Shown piece by piece: positions 49,119 through 58,690 of a stretch of 64,000 bases of DNA. This DNA is from an uncultured virus (IMG/VR IMGVR_UViG_3300025098_000027) (Duplodnaviria; Heunggongvirae; Uroviricota; Caudoviricetes): the IMG/VR virus record IMGVR_UViG_3300025098_000027; one strand, written 5' to 3'. The stretch's first letter is position 1, and each line of letters starts with the position of its first letter. Below the pieces are notes generated by a model. That model was not told where the DNA came from, ran no database searches, and saw only the letters and a program-made list of their open reading frames with translations. The position numbers and the translations under genes are program-made.

Positions 49119-49121
49119 AAT

Positions 49122-49355
49122 ATGGAAGATACGCAAATAGTTGACATCTGGACATTGTTTAAAGAATATGTTGATAAAAAACACGTTGAGCAGGCTGCTG
49201 AACGTTATGTAGATTTAATGGCTGATTGTGGCACAGAAGATCAATCATTTATTTCTGCATTAGGTCACGATACTGCGTTAGACATTGCTATTAATTATTA
49301 TCTAGATCTTGATGATGATGATGTATTAGAAGAAGAAGTAGAGTGGGATGAATAA
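49122..49355 (+). CDS. Small acidic hypothetical protein
   Basis: 77 aa, GAGGAG RBS. Confidence 0.6.
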   Translation: MEDTQIVDIWTLFKEYVDKKHVEQAAERYVDLMADCGTEDQSFISALGHDTALDIAINYYLDLDDDDVLEEEVEWDE

Positions 49356-49810
49356 TGGGTTGGTATAGCGAAGTATCTCGTGACATAAGCAAAATACCAC
49401 AAGCAATTGCTTACTTTGAAGACGAAATAGTTGATGCTCGCAAAGAGGTTAAACTAGTTGGAAATGTAGAACGTGCGGCAGCAAGTATGCCAGGTATTGT
49501 TGAACAACGATTCAATCAACTTCAAGAGATTGAAGCTATACTAAACTATTTAAATATTGAGCTACGTAGGTTGCGTAGCTCATTTTTTAAGAAATATCTT
49601 GAAAACTATCAACGAGCTCTGTCAAGCCGTGACGTTGAAAAATACGTAGACGGTGAGGCAGACGTTGTTGATTATGAAAAGATTATTAATGAATTTGCAC
49701 TAATGCGTAACAAATGGTTAGGTGTACTCAAAGCTCTTGATCAAAAGCAATGGCAAATTACAAACGTAGTTAAGTTAAGAGTAGCAGGTATGGAGGATGC
49801 GTCACTATGA
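49355..49810 (+). CDS. uvsY: Recombination mediator UvsY
   Basis: Helical 151-aa protein ending K.WQI.N.VKLRVAG; located after uvsX. Confidence 0.75.
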   Translation: MGWYSEVSRDISKIPQAIAYFEDEIVDARKEVKLVGNVERAAASMPGIVEQRFNQLQEIEAILNYLNIELRRLRSSFFKKYLENYQRALSSRDVEKYVDGEADVVDYEKIINEFALMRNKWLGVLKALDQKQWQITNVVKLRVAGMEDASL

Positions 49811-50550
49811 TTTATACTATAGTTACTAGTTTAAATAAAAAATATTGGGATGAAATTAGTAAATTAAATATTGAAACTTGGATACAGCGTTTGCCGGAAA
49901 ATGTTAATATAGTTATTTACAGCGAAGACAAAATAGATTATTCTCATCCTCGTTTAACATTCTATGACTTATATAACGAGTGTCCTAAATTAGTAAATTT
50001 TATTAATACACACAAAGACAACCCCCATTACAACGGAACAAAAGAAGAATATCCAAGAGCATTTAGATACAACGGTATTAAGTTTGCACATAAAACTTTT
50101 GCAGTATTTAAAGAATCTCAAAGACAATCTGAGTATCTCATTTGGTTAGATGCTGATATATTAATGTTTGATAACATTGATGAAAAATTTCTTAATAACG
50201 CCTTTCCTAAGAATAAGTCAATAGCTTATCTAGGCAGGCCTTCAGAATACGACGAGTGCGGTGTTATGGGATATAATTTAAAAAATGATTTCACTAAAAC
50301 TTTTTTACAAAAATTTGAAGACGCATACTTAAACGGTCTAGATAATTATAGAGAAACACACGACAGTTGGATATTTTATCAACTACGATTAAGTTATGAA
50401 GACCAAAGTCAATTTTTAAACTTAAATACTAATACAGAATCAAATAAACATCCTGTGAGCAGTAGTGTTCTTAAAGATAAAATGGTCCATAACAAAGGCG
50501 ATCAGAAAAAACGTTGGCAACAGAAGTTTATTAAAAGACATAAATTATAA
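49807..50550 (+). CDS. GT-A-type nucleotide-sugar transferase
   Basis: FAHK.FA...YLIWLDAD (DxD), YLGR, ECG, HDS; paralogue of 57807..58649. Confidence 0.65.
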   Translation: MIYTIVTSLNKKYWDEISKLNIETWIQRLPENVNIVIYSEDKIDYSHPRLTFYDLYNECPKLVNFINTHKDNPHYNGTKEEYPRAFRYNGIKFAHKTFAVFKESQRQSEYLIWLDADILMFDNIDEKFLNNAFPKNKSIAYLGRPSEYDECGVMGYNLKNDFTKTFLQKFEDAYLNGLDNYRETHDSWIFYQLRLSYEDQSQFLNLNTNTESNKHPVSSSVLKDKMVHNKGDQKKRWQQKFIKRHKL

Positions 50551-50639
50551 TACAAGGTTCAACATATAATTGAAACTATTGGTAGATATAAAAAGCATAA
50601 TACAGTTCAGATAGAATTTGTTTAATAAAGAGAAAAAAT

Positions 50640-51596
50640 ATGCCTAAAGATAAATTTGCAAACATAACAATCCATCCTAAAAGTGCTAAACTAAGTGCTG
50701 GTAATTTTAAAGTAGAAAAAAGTTCTTGGCATAAAGGCAATGTAAATTATTTTCCTGCTAAGAAAGAGCAATTTGCTGACTTAGATGCAATGGCAAAAGA
50801 GTTTGTATTCAAAGGGTTTGGACCTGATACACCTATATTTGGCGATAACGATAAAGTAGTTACTATGGGCAGTTGCTTTGCAGATAGACTACGTAATTGG
50901 CTAAACGCTAACGGTAAAGGAACAAGTTATATTAACGTACCAGAAGGACTTAATAATAGTTTTGCTGTTAGACAGTACTTAGAATGGGCGTTAACTGGTG
51001 ACCGTAGTACGGATGCTTATTGGTATGATAACGACAACGAACTTGGGGCTTATCAGTGGGAACCAGATCAAGAACAGCAAAAATTACTACAACATTTTAA
51101 AGAAGTAAGTGCAGTTGTTGTCACATTTGGTTTAGGTGAAGTTTGGAAAGATGTAGAAACAAATAATGTATTTTGGCGAGGAGTACCTGCTTCTCAGTAC
51201 GATCCTGCAAAGCATAAGTGTGTAACATCAACTGTGCAAGAAAATGTAGAAAATATGCAACGCATTGTAGATTTAGTGCAAACTTACGCAGGTAAAGATA
51301 CAGCGGTAATTTTTACGTTAAGTCCTGTGCCATTAAATGCAACCTTTAGTGATCGCCCTACAATGGTAAGTGATTGTGTTAGTAAAAGTATATTGCGTGT
51401 AAGTTTAGATGAATTCTTTCGTACGACCCAAAGAAAACGGGTATATTACTGGCCCAGCTTTGAAATGGTTAGATGGGTAGGTGCGCACACAGATATACCT
51501 ACGCTATTTGAAGATAATACAACACGACACGTTAATAACAATATTGTAAAAATTATTATTGAAAATTTTGTTTCTAAATTTTTTAGTTCACAATAG
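50640..51596 (+). CDS. GSCFA-family (SGNH-like) protein
   Basis: MGSCFA motif, VTFGL.EVW, TLSPVPL.AT, SKS.LR, Y.PSFE, RHV. Confidence 0.8.
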   Translation: MPKDKFANITIHPKSAKLSAGNFKVEKSSWHKGNVNYFPAKKEQFADLDAMAKEFVFKGFGPDTPIFGDNDKVVTMGSCFADRLRNWLNANGKGTSYINVPEGLNNSFAVRQYLEWALTGDRSTDAYWYDNDNELGAYQWEPDQEQQKLLQHFKEVSAVVVTFGLGEVWKDVETNNVFWRGVPASQYDPAKHKCVTSTVQENVENMQRIVDLVQTYAGKDTAVIFTLSPVPLNATFSDRPTMVSDCVSKSILRVSLDEFFRTTQRKRVYYWPSFEMVRWVGAHTDIPTLFEDNTTRHVNNNIVKIIIENFVSKFFSSQ

Positions 51597-51617
51597 ATAC
51601 AAGGATCAAGGTACAAA

Positions 51618-52178
51618 ATGACATTAGAAGAACACCTAGGCGGCCACAACGGAAAGACACATTTAGATCGCGGAACACTAGAATGGGCAAAGGCTACATT
51701 TGGCATACAGTCAATGATAGATGTTGGTTGTGGTCCAGGCGGTATGGTAGAATTAGCAAATAACATAGGAATAAAAGCAACAGGAATAGACGGAGACTAT
51801 ACTTTAGATCGCTACGATAATAGTAAGTTTATAATTCACGACTTTACAAAAGGACCTGTTCCAATAACAGAAAATTACGATCTTGCTTGGAGTGCAGAGT
51901 TTGTCGAACACGTATACGAAGAATATATTCCTAATTATGTTCAGGCTATGCAACAAGCAAAATACTTAATAATGACATACGCACCAATTGGTCACGGCGG
52001 CCATCATCACGTAAATGAAAATACACAAGAATATTGGATAGAGACAATGTCTAAATATAACTTTACATATGACGAAAATTTAACTAATCAAATGCGACAA
52101 TTGTCAACAATGGGTAAAAAGAAGAAACATCAATTCGTCAAAAAAACAGGACTTTTATTTAAAAATGAACAGAGATAG
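51618..52178 (+). CDS. Class I SAM-dependent methyltransferase
   Basis: IDVGCGPG motif I, GIDG, YDLAWS.EF.EH, HVN. Confidence 0.8.
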   Translation: MTLEEHLGGHNGKTHLDRGTLEWAKATFGIQSMIDVGCGPGGMVELANNIGIKATGIDGDYTLDRYDNSKFIIHDFTKGPVPITENYDLAWSAEFVEHVYEEYIPNYVQAMQQAKYLIMTYAPIGHGGHHHVNENTQEYWIETMSKYNFTYDENLTNQMRQLSTMGKKKKHQFVKKTGLLFKNEQR

Positions 52179-53085
52179 TTTAGTAGTAGCTATTAAAGAA
52201 ATGTATAGGAATCATCCTATACCTAAGTTTCCTAACTTTAAGTTAGTATCTTGGAACGATAAAGCTGGACTCGAAGAAGCAGAAGTATTTTTACAACACA
52301 ACATAATTGGCCAAAAGAATAAAAAGTTCCAAAAATATTATCAATACATTATAGACAGTGGTAAGCCTTTTATAGTTGCTGAAGCTCCGATATTTCGACG
52401 TAATGCATTACCTAGAGGAGTTCCAGGATCATATCATAGATATAGTTGGACTAGTTATTTCCAAAACGAAGGAGACTATTGTAATGAAAACTCTCCACCT
52501 GACAGATGGCATCGTATACAACGAGATCAAAATATACAAATTAAACCTTGGCGTACGACAGGCGAATATATACTTTTAATTTTGCAACGGCCAGGAGATA
52601 GCAGTTTAAAAAACTTATTAGCACAGCACGGGTCGTATAAAAACTTTGTTGAGTTTACATTAAATGAAATTAAAAAATATACTGATCGCCCTATACGTGT
52701 ACGTATGCATCCTTTACGTCAAGATCGACAATTAGAAGCATTAAAAGATTTTGATATTGATCTTAGTACAAATACTCTTGGGAGCCGTAGTGGTCAAGGA
52801 GCACTTGAAGGTGGAGACGGATTGTACAAAGACTTTAAAGATGCATATGCTGTAGTAGGATTCAATAGTAATGCATTAACTGAAAGTATATGCGAAGGCA
52901 TTCCTACATTTAGTATGTGTTCTAGTTCAATGGCTTGGGATTGTAGTAATAAAGATTTATCTCAAATAGAATCACCAGAATTATTTGATAGACAACAATG
53001 GTTAAATAATTTAGGTTATTGCCAATGGCGAGAAGACGAAATAGCACAAGGCCTACCTTGGTTCCATTTATTGAAAGGAATATAA
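52165..53085 (+). CDS. KpsS/KpsC-like (capsule-synthesis, GT-B) glycosyltransferase
   Basis: QRPGD (QxxxD), RMHP, FNSN...ESI..GIP motifs. Confidence 0.6.
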   Translation: MNRDSLVVAIKEMYRNHPIPKFPNFKLVSWNDKAGLEEAEVFLQHNIIGQKNKKFQKYYQYIIDSGKPFIVAEAPIFRRNALPRGVPGSYHRYSWTSYFQNEGDYCNENSPPDRWHRIQRDQNIQIKPWRTTGEYILLILQRPGDSSLKNLLAQHGSYKNFVEFTLNEIKKYTDRPIRVRMHPLRQDRQLEALKDFDIDLSTNTLGSRSGQGALEGGDGLYKDFKDAYAVVGFNSNALTESICEGIPTFSMCSSSMAWDCSNKDLSQIESPELFDRQQWLNNLGYCQWREDEIAQGLPWFHLLKGI

Positions 53086-53568
53086 ATGAATATAGAATTT
53101 GGTTGCGGAGATAACCCTACTAAATTAGGATATAAAACTTGTGATATAAGAAACCTTCCTGGTATAGATTTTGTTTGTGTTGCTTGGAATATTGATAATT
53201 TAGTACCTCATAATAGTGTAGACAATATTTTTTCGAGACATTTTTTTGAACATTTAACATTCTCCCAAGGAAGAAAAACTCTAAATGCTTGGTACAATAT
53301 TATGAAACCTGGAGCGTTATGTGAAATGTCATTGCCTAATATTGACTATCATATAGACCAATGGGTAAATAAGAAAAACATAGAACACGCAAAAGCAGGT
53401 TTTTGGGGATGGCAAAGAGAAGGCGACACAGAACTATGGGACGTACATAAAAGTGGCTATAACTTTGGCACATTAAGTTGTTTAATAAAAGAAGAAAAAT
53501 TTACAAACATAACTCCAATAAAAGTTAACGGTAAACACTTAAAAGTTAGTTTTATCAAACCAATCTAA
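53086..53568 (+). CDS. SAM-dependent methyltransferase (short type)
   Basis: IEFGCG, VD.IFS.HFFEH, W...MKPG. Confidence 0.75.
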   Translation: MNIEFGCGDNPTKLGYKTCDIRNLPGIDFVCVAWNIDNLVPHNSVDNIFSRHFFEHLTFSQGRKTLNAWYNIMKPGALCEMSLPNIDYHIDQWVNKKNIEHAKAGFWGWQREGDTELWDVHKSGYNFGTLSCLIKEEKFTNITPIKVNGKHLKVSFIKPI

Positions 53569-53602
53569 GAAATCATAATACTAGTACTTAATAAATACCA
53601 GT

Positions 53603-54361
53603 ATGGATATAGTTTTAGTTACAGGTGGATTTGATCCACTACACTCCGGACACATAGAATATTTTAAAGCGGCGAAAAAACTAGGAGATCACTTAGTTGT
53701 AGGTGTTAACAGTGACGAATGGTTAACACGCAAAAAGGGAAGACCTTTTATGTCGTTTGATGAACGGTGTGCAATTATAAAAGAACTCAGTGTTGTAGAT
53801 GAAGTTATAGGGTTCGACGACATAGACGATACTGCTAATCACGCAATAATGCAAGTAGTATCTACAAAAAGTTCAAAATCAAAACTTATTTTCGCCAATG
53901 GCGGAGATAGATCAAAATCTAACATACCCGAAATGAAATTTACAGATGTTGAATTTGTCTTTGGCGTTGGCGGAGAAAACAAAGCTAATAGCAGTAGTTG
54001 GATACTCGACGAATGGAAAACACAAAAGACAGAACGTGATTGGGGCTACTGGCGTGTGTTAGATCACAAACCTAAGCAAGGTTACAAAGTAAAAGAGCTT
54101 GTAATATATCCCGGCAAATCACTCAGTGACCAAAAACACTTTAAACGTTCAGAAGAATGGAATGTACTAGAAGGTATAGTTAAAATGGACACTGAGCTGA
54201 ATGGTATACAAAGTAGTATACTACTAGAACAAAAAAGTAAAACATTTGAAATTGGTAAAGAAGTTTGGCACAAAGCAAGCAATCCCGGAACAGAAAATAC
54301 TCATATACTAGAAGTACAATGGGGAGAACAATGCGTGGAGGAAGATATTGAAAGAAGATAA
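53603..54361 (+). CDS. HxGH cytidylyltransferase (TagD/RfaE-II-like) fused to a mannose-6-phosphate-isomerase-like cupin
   Basis: VTGGFDPLHSGH, NSD.WL..KKG, FANGGDR, SSS; then R.WG.W.VL...VKEL.I.PG.SLS.Q.H..RSE.W...EVQ.GE...EEDI.R. Confidence 0.8.
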   Translation: MDIVLVTGGFDPLHSGHIEYFKAAKKLGDHLVVGVNSDEWLTRKKGRPFMSFDERCAIIKELSVVDEVIGFDDIDDTANHAIMQVVSTKSSKSKLIFANGGDRSKSNIPEMKFTDVEFVFGVGGENKANSSSWILDEWKTQKTERDWGYWRVLDHKPKQGYKVKELVIYPGKSLSDQKHFKRSEEWNVLEGIVKMDTELNGIQSSILLEQKSKTFEIGKEVWHKASNPGTENTHILEVQWGEQCVEEDIERR

Positions 54362-56051
54362 ATTAAAAATTTATGTAGGCTGGGACCGAAGAGAAGACAT
54401 TGCATACCAGGCGTGTAAGCAGAGTATTCTTAATACAGCAACAGTCGAAGTAGATATTATTCCGTTAAAACAGAAACAACTTAGAAAAGACGAGTTGTAT
54501 TGGAGAGAAAAGGATAAACTTGCAAGTACAGAATTTACATTTACTAGATTCCTTGTTCCTGAACTTCAAGAGTTTGATGGATGGGCTTTATTCATTGACT
54601 GTGATTTTATTGCTCTTGAAGATGTTAAAAATTTATTTGATCAAAGAGATGACAAATATGCAGTAATGTGTGCTCAACACGATTATACTCCTAAACAGGG
54701 CATAAAAATGGACGGACAACAACAGACAGTTTATCCACGTAAAAATTGGTCTAGTATGATGTTAATTAATTGCGGACATCATTCTAATAAACAACTAACT
54801 AAAGAGCTAGTTAATAACGAAGAAATTACTGGAGCATACTTGCATAGATTTAGTTGGTTAGACGACAGTGAAGTAGGCGAACTTAGTCACGAATGGAATT
54901 GGTTAGTAGGTTGGTACAAAGAACCGGAAGATGGTAAGCCTAAGTTTCTACATTATACAGAAGGCGGCCCGTGGTTTGAACGATATCAAAATTGTGAATA
55001 TGCAAATGAATACTATAAAGCTGAACGTAAGTATCTTACTAGTGAATATCACAACATATCTAATAAACTAAGTACTGAAAAACGAATACCTAAATTAGTT
55101 AACAATTTATCATTGCCTGATAGTTTACGGCAATCAATTGAGGCTTTTACATATGCAACAATTGATCCCGAAGGAACTTACTACGGCTATACTGAGGAAA
55201 ATGCTATGAAAATTATACAGAATAAATTTCAACAAGGAAAGACTGCAAAGGTAGCAGCAATATTTAATGACGACTTAAATTACGATAATAAATCGTACGT
55301 ATACGATGAATATCTAGAAGCACTAAGTTTAGGCAGCGGCGGCAAATTGAGTAGTTGGGATAAAGAAAAAAATACAAATACTCCGTTAATTATTCGAGGA
55401 GTTGGAAAGTCTAGTAGAGAAGCAGTCAAGCACTGTTGGGAAACTGGTAGAGAGTTTTATGCAATCGACACAGGATATTTTGGTAATACAAAAAGTAAAT
55501 CAAAAGGCTGGCATAGAGTTACAAAAAATAATTTACAAGACTATGGTCCAATTATCGAACGTCCTACAGATAGGTTACTAGGATGGAAATATAAAAAATT
55601 TAAAAAAGGAAGTAAAATATTAATATGTCCTCCTAGTGACAAAGTTATGAAATTCTTTGATCAACCTAGCCCAGAGGAATGGACAAAACAAATAGTAGCA
55701 CAATTAAAGAACATTACTGATCGACCAATCGAAGTTAGATTAAAACCTAATAGAACACATAGAATAACTGGTAATTCTATTGAAGATGCACTATCAAACA
55801 ATGTTCATTGTCTTATAACATACAACAGCATTGCTGCCTTAGAAGCGTTAAATTTTGGAAAACCTGCTATCGCACTTGGTCCTAATTGCGCATCAATTGT
55901 ATGCAATACTAAATTAGAAGAAGTAGAAAATTTGCATATACCAGACAAAGATGAAATGACTGCTTTAATGTCACACCTTAGTTATTGTCAATTTTCAAGA
56001 AATGAGTTGATGAACGGCTTTGCTTGGGATACTGTTAATGAAAGTCGTTAG
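54348..56051 (+). CDS. Fusion of a GT8-like GT-A domain and a KpsS-like GT-B domain
   Basis: N-terminal STEFTFTRFLVP, FIDCDF, YPRKNWSS, HYTEGGPW. C-terminal IDTGYF, ICPPS, TDRPIEVR, YNSIAA.EA...GKP. Confidence 0.7.
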   Translation: MKEDKLKIYVGWDRREDIAYQACKQSILNTATVEVDIIPLKQKQLRKDELYWREKDKLASTEFTFTRFLVPELQEFDGWALFIDCDFIALEDVKNLFDQRDDKYAVMCAQHDYTPKQGIKMDGQQQTVYPRKNWSSMMLINCGHHSNKQLTKELVNNEEITGAYLHRFSWLDDSEVGELSHEWNWLVGWYKEPEDGKPKFLHYTEGGPWFERYQNCEYANEYYKAERKYLTSEYHNISNKLSTEKRIPKLVNNLSLPDSLRQSIEAFTYATIDPEGTYYGYTEENAMKIIQNKFQQGKTAKVAAIFNDDLNYDNKSYVYDEYLEALSLGSGGKLSSWDKEKNTNTPLIIRGVGKSSREAVKHCWETGREFYAIDTGYFGNTKSKSKGWHRVTKNNLQDYGPIIERPTDRLLGWKYKKFKKGSKILICPPSDKVMKFFDQPSPEEWTKQIVAQLKNITDRPIEVRLKPNRTHRITGNSIEDALSNNVHCLITYNSIAALEALNFGKPAIALGPNCASIVCNTKLEEVENLHIPDKDEMTALMSHLSYCQFSRNELMNGFAWDTVNESR

Positions 56052-56964
56052 TTACTATAATGTAGTTCCAAGTTATAATAAGAGCCAAGAAAAATTTGAT
56101 ATACTTACTAAATTTATTCAAGGTGTAAATGCTGCCGGAGATACTGGAATTGTACACAAAGGATACGACTTACAAAAGTGCGATGTTGGAATGATTCAAG
56201 GCTGGCAACACGCAGTTGGTAAAAATGCACCCCACTTGCAGTTACGACAGCGTGTAATGAATAATACATCAAATACACACGTATGCACAGCAGACGCAAA
56301 CTTGTTTTTATATGCAAACAAAATTAATCGTCCTCATCACTATTTGAGATATAGTTTTGACGGTGTATTTCCAAATACTGGTAATTACTTTGATGATAAT
56401 CCTAATCCTAAACGTTGGCAACAAATTTCTAAACATTTAGATATAGCTCTTGAAAACCGAAAGAAAGGAAAAAATATTGTAATTTGTTTACAACGTAATC
56501 AAGGATGGAGTATGGGAGAATTATCCGTAACTAATTGGTTAGAAACTACTATTGCAAAAATTTTAAATCATACCGATCGAACTATTGTTATTAGGCCGCA
56601 CCCAGGTGATAAAAAAGCCATAACTCAATACTTGCCACAACTAATACAAAAATATCGAAGCAATAAAAACATTAAAGTTTCAATGCCTGGTTCGCCTTTA
56701 GATCAAGATTTAAACAAAGCGTGGGCTGTTGTAAATCATAATAGCAGTAGTATTGTTGGACCACTAATACAAGGATATCCTGGATTTATTACAGACCCAG
56801 ATAAGAGTCAATGTGAAGAAGTTTGTCACACAGACTTTAGTAAGATAGAAAATCCTCAAGAGTTTGATCGACAAAAATGGTTAGAACGTATTAGTATGTT
56901 TCATTGGAACTTCCAAGAATTAACAGACGGCACAGCGTGGAAACATATGAGAGAATATGTATGA
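56038..56964 (+). CDS. KpsS/KpsC-like glycosyltransferase
   Basis: ATG at 56038. ICLQR, TDR.I.IRPHP, NHNSSS motifs. Confidence 0.55.
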   Translation: MKVVSYYNVVPSYNKSQEKFDILTKFIQGVNAAGDTGIVHKGYDLQKCDVGMIQGWQHAVGKNAPHLQLRQRVMNNTSNTHVCTADANLFLYANKINRPHHYLRYSFDGVFPNTGNYFDDNPNPKRWQQISKHLDIALENRKKGKNIVICLQRNQGWSMGELSVTNWLETTIAKILNHTDRTIVIRPHPGDKKAITQYLPQLIQKYRSNKNIKVSMPGSPLDQDLNKAWAVVNHNSSSIVGPLIQGYPGFITDPDKSQCEEVCHTDFSKIENPQEFDRQKWLERISMFHWNFQELTDGTAWKHMREYV

Positions 56965-57806
56965 AAGTTGTTAAGGTCGCTGCTATTAATATGAATTCAA
57001 GTTCTTATGAATGCAACTTTCGTTGCGATTCTATTTTACAACAGTTTGCAAAAGGAATCAATAAGCAGTTATTACCTGCGAGTGATGCAATTACAAATTC
57101 GTTGCCTTTGGTAGGAAGAGGTATGTCAGAATCTGTAGGCAAGTATATTTTATTGTCTATGAAAAATAATTTACCATTTTATCATATTGATACAGGGTAT
57201 TTTGGTAATGTTAAAAGAAAAGTATGGCATCGAATTACATACAATGGATTTCAAAACACAAATACATTTATACCGCGAGACAAACGAAGACTGTCTCAAC
57301 AACTTCTTTCTTATTTTGGACAAGATGTAGAAATGCCGTTAGAAAAAAAGATTAATTCATTTACTCCGGGTAAAAAAATATTAATATGTCCACCTAGTAA
57401 AAAAGTTATGGGATTTTTCCAACAACCAAGTCCGCAGGAGTGGACTGAGAAAGTTATTAAAGAGTTAAGGCAATATACTGATAGACCTATTGAAGTACGC
57501 TTGAAGCCTAGTAGAACTGAAAGACAAACTGTTAAAAATATGAAAGACGCATTAAAAGATGATATACATTGTTTAGTAACATACAATAGTATTGCTGCTA
57601 CAGAAGCATTAATGGCAGGAAAACCTGCCATTGTACTTGGACCAAATGCTGCACAATCTATATGTGAAACAGATCTAAAAAATATAGAAAATCCAAAAAT
57701 CCCAACTCAGAGCGAAATGATTGCTTTCTTAACTCACCTATCTTACTGTCAGTTTACACAAACAGAAATGTATAATGGGTTTGCTTGGAAACACTTACAG
57801 CATTAG
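56961..57806 (+). CDS. KpsS-like glycosyltransferase, close paralogue of the 54348 C-terminal domain
   Basis: ATG at 56961 (ATGA overlap). KILICPPS.KVM.FF.QPSP.EWT and HLSYCQF are shared with the 54348 ORF. Confidence 0.55.
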   Translation: MKVVKVAAINMNSSSYECNFRCDSILQQFAKGINKQLLPASDAITNSLPLVGRGMSESVGKYILLSMKNNLPFYHIDTGYFGNVKRKVWHRITYNGFQNTNTFIPRDKRRLSQQLLSYFGQDVEMPLEKKINSFTPGKKILICPPSKKVMGFFQQPSPQEWTEKVIKELRQYTDRPIEVRLKPSRTERQTVKNMKDALKDDIHCLVTYNSIAATEALMAGKPAIVLGPNAAQSICETDLKNIENPKIPTQSEMIAFLTHLSYCQFTQTEMYNGFAWKHLQH

Positions 57807-58649
57807 TTATTTCCAATAATCCTCAGTTCTATTAACCATTAAATCTCGTGATCGACTTTTTCCTTCTTCCTTGCGGACGCCTTTCATATGATCCATCCAT
57901 TTACCTAATACACTATTAATTAAAGGATGTCCGCCTCCGCCTGTACGAGCTTCTTTCAAATACATTTCAGCACTATAATCTAACACGTTAGGAAACTCTT
58001 TTTTCATATTATTAAGAATGTGTCCGAACACGAAACTATCGTGCCATTCTTCTAATAAGAATATACCTTGTTCGGCTTCTTCGTATACACGTTCAAACTC
58101 TTTAAGGAACTCGTGACATACAGGATGATTTAAGTTCATACCATAGAAGCCGCACTCTGGCCACGTCTGAGATCCTTTACCCCTACCTACATATGTTAAC
58201 CAGGTATTATTTGGTAATAAGTTATTAAATTCTTTATGGCTCCAATCACTATGAATAAATGTATCAGCATCCATCCATACACACCAGCCTTTAGAACGTG
58301 TACAAGCGTCATACACAGCATATGTTTTGTTAGCAAAGCGTATGGCGTCCCATTTAAATTTCTTGTGCCAATCCCGCGGTCTACGTGCTTTAATAGCGTC
58401 TGTAGGTATGCCGTTTGCTCTAGGATCATTCTTCCAACGTTCCTTAAATACATTTAATTTAGGTAATACTTCTTTAGCATCAAGAATTGTTATCTGTTTC
58501 GGATCGGGGTTGATTGGATTACAATCTTCTGCGTATACTAATAGCTTTATCTTTTTACTAACTCGTTCTGCAAAACTATCTAAGAATCGTTGACCGTATG
58601 TGTCTAATCCTGGCTTATGAAAGGTTGTAACCACTGTTATTGGTGTCAT
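57807..58649 (-). CDS. GT-A-type nucleotide-sugar transferase
   Basis: ATG at 58649 after AAGAGGA. RFANK.YA, WMDAD, YVGR, ECGFYG.NL, WHDS.VF, HMKG.RK. Confidence 0.65.
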   Translation of the reverse strand: MTPITVVTTFHKPGLDTYGQRFLDSFAERVSKKIKLLVYAEDCNPINPDPKQITILDAKEVLPKLNVFKERWKNDPRANGIPTDAIKARRPRDWHKKFKWDAIRFANKTYAVYDACTRSKGWCVWMDADTFIHSDWSHKEFNNLLPNNTWLTYVGRGKGSQTWPECGFYGMNLNHPVCHEFLKEFERVYEEAEQGIFLLEEWHDSFVFGHILNNMKKEFPNVLDYSAEMYLKEARTGGGGHPLINSVLGKWMDHMKGVRKEEGKSRSRDLMVNRTEDYWK

Positions 58650-58661
58650 ATCGTTCCTCTT

Positions 58662-58688
58662 GTTAAATATGTATATGGAGTATTTAAC
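58662..58688. promoter_or_regulatory. Overlapping face-to-face late promoters (8-bp inverted repeat)
   Basis: GTTAAATA-N11-TATTTAAC between two divergent glycosyltransferase genes. Confidence 0.55.
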
Positions 58689-58690
58689 TA

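Noticed and set aside
50551..50639. Short open stretch (...QHIIETIGRYKKHNTVQIEFV*) as a gene remnant
   Set aside because: No start codon or RBS, and too short to support a pseudogene call.
53603..54361. Cytidylyltransferase as CMP-Kdo synthetase (KdsB)
   Set aside because: It has the HxGH TagD/RfaE-II-type motif, a different fold from KdsB.
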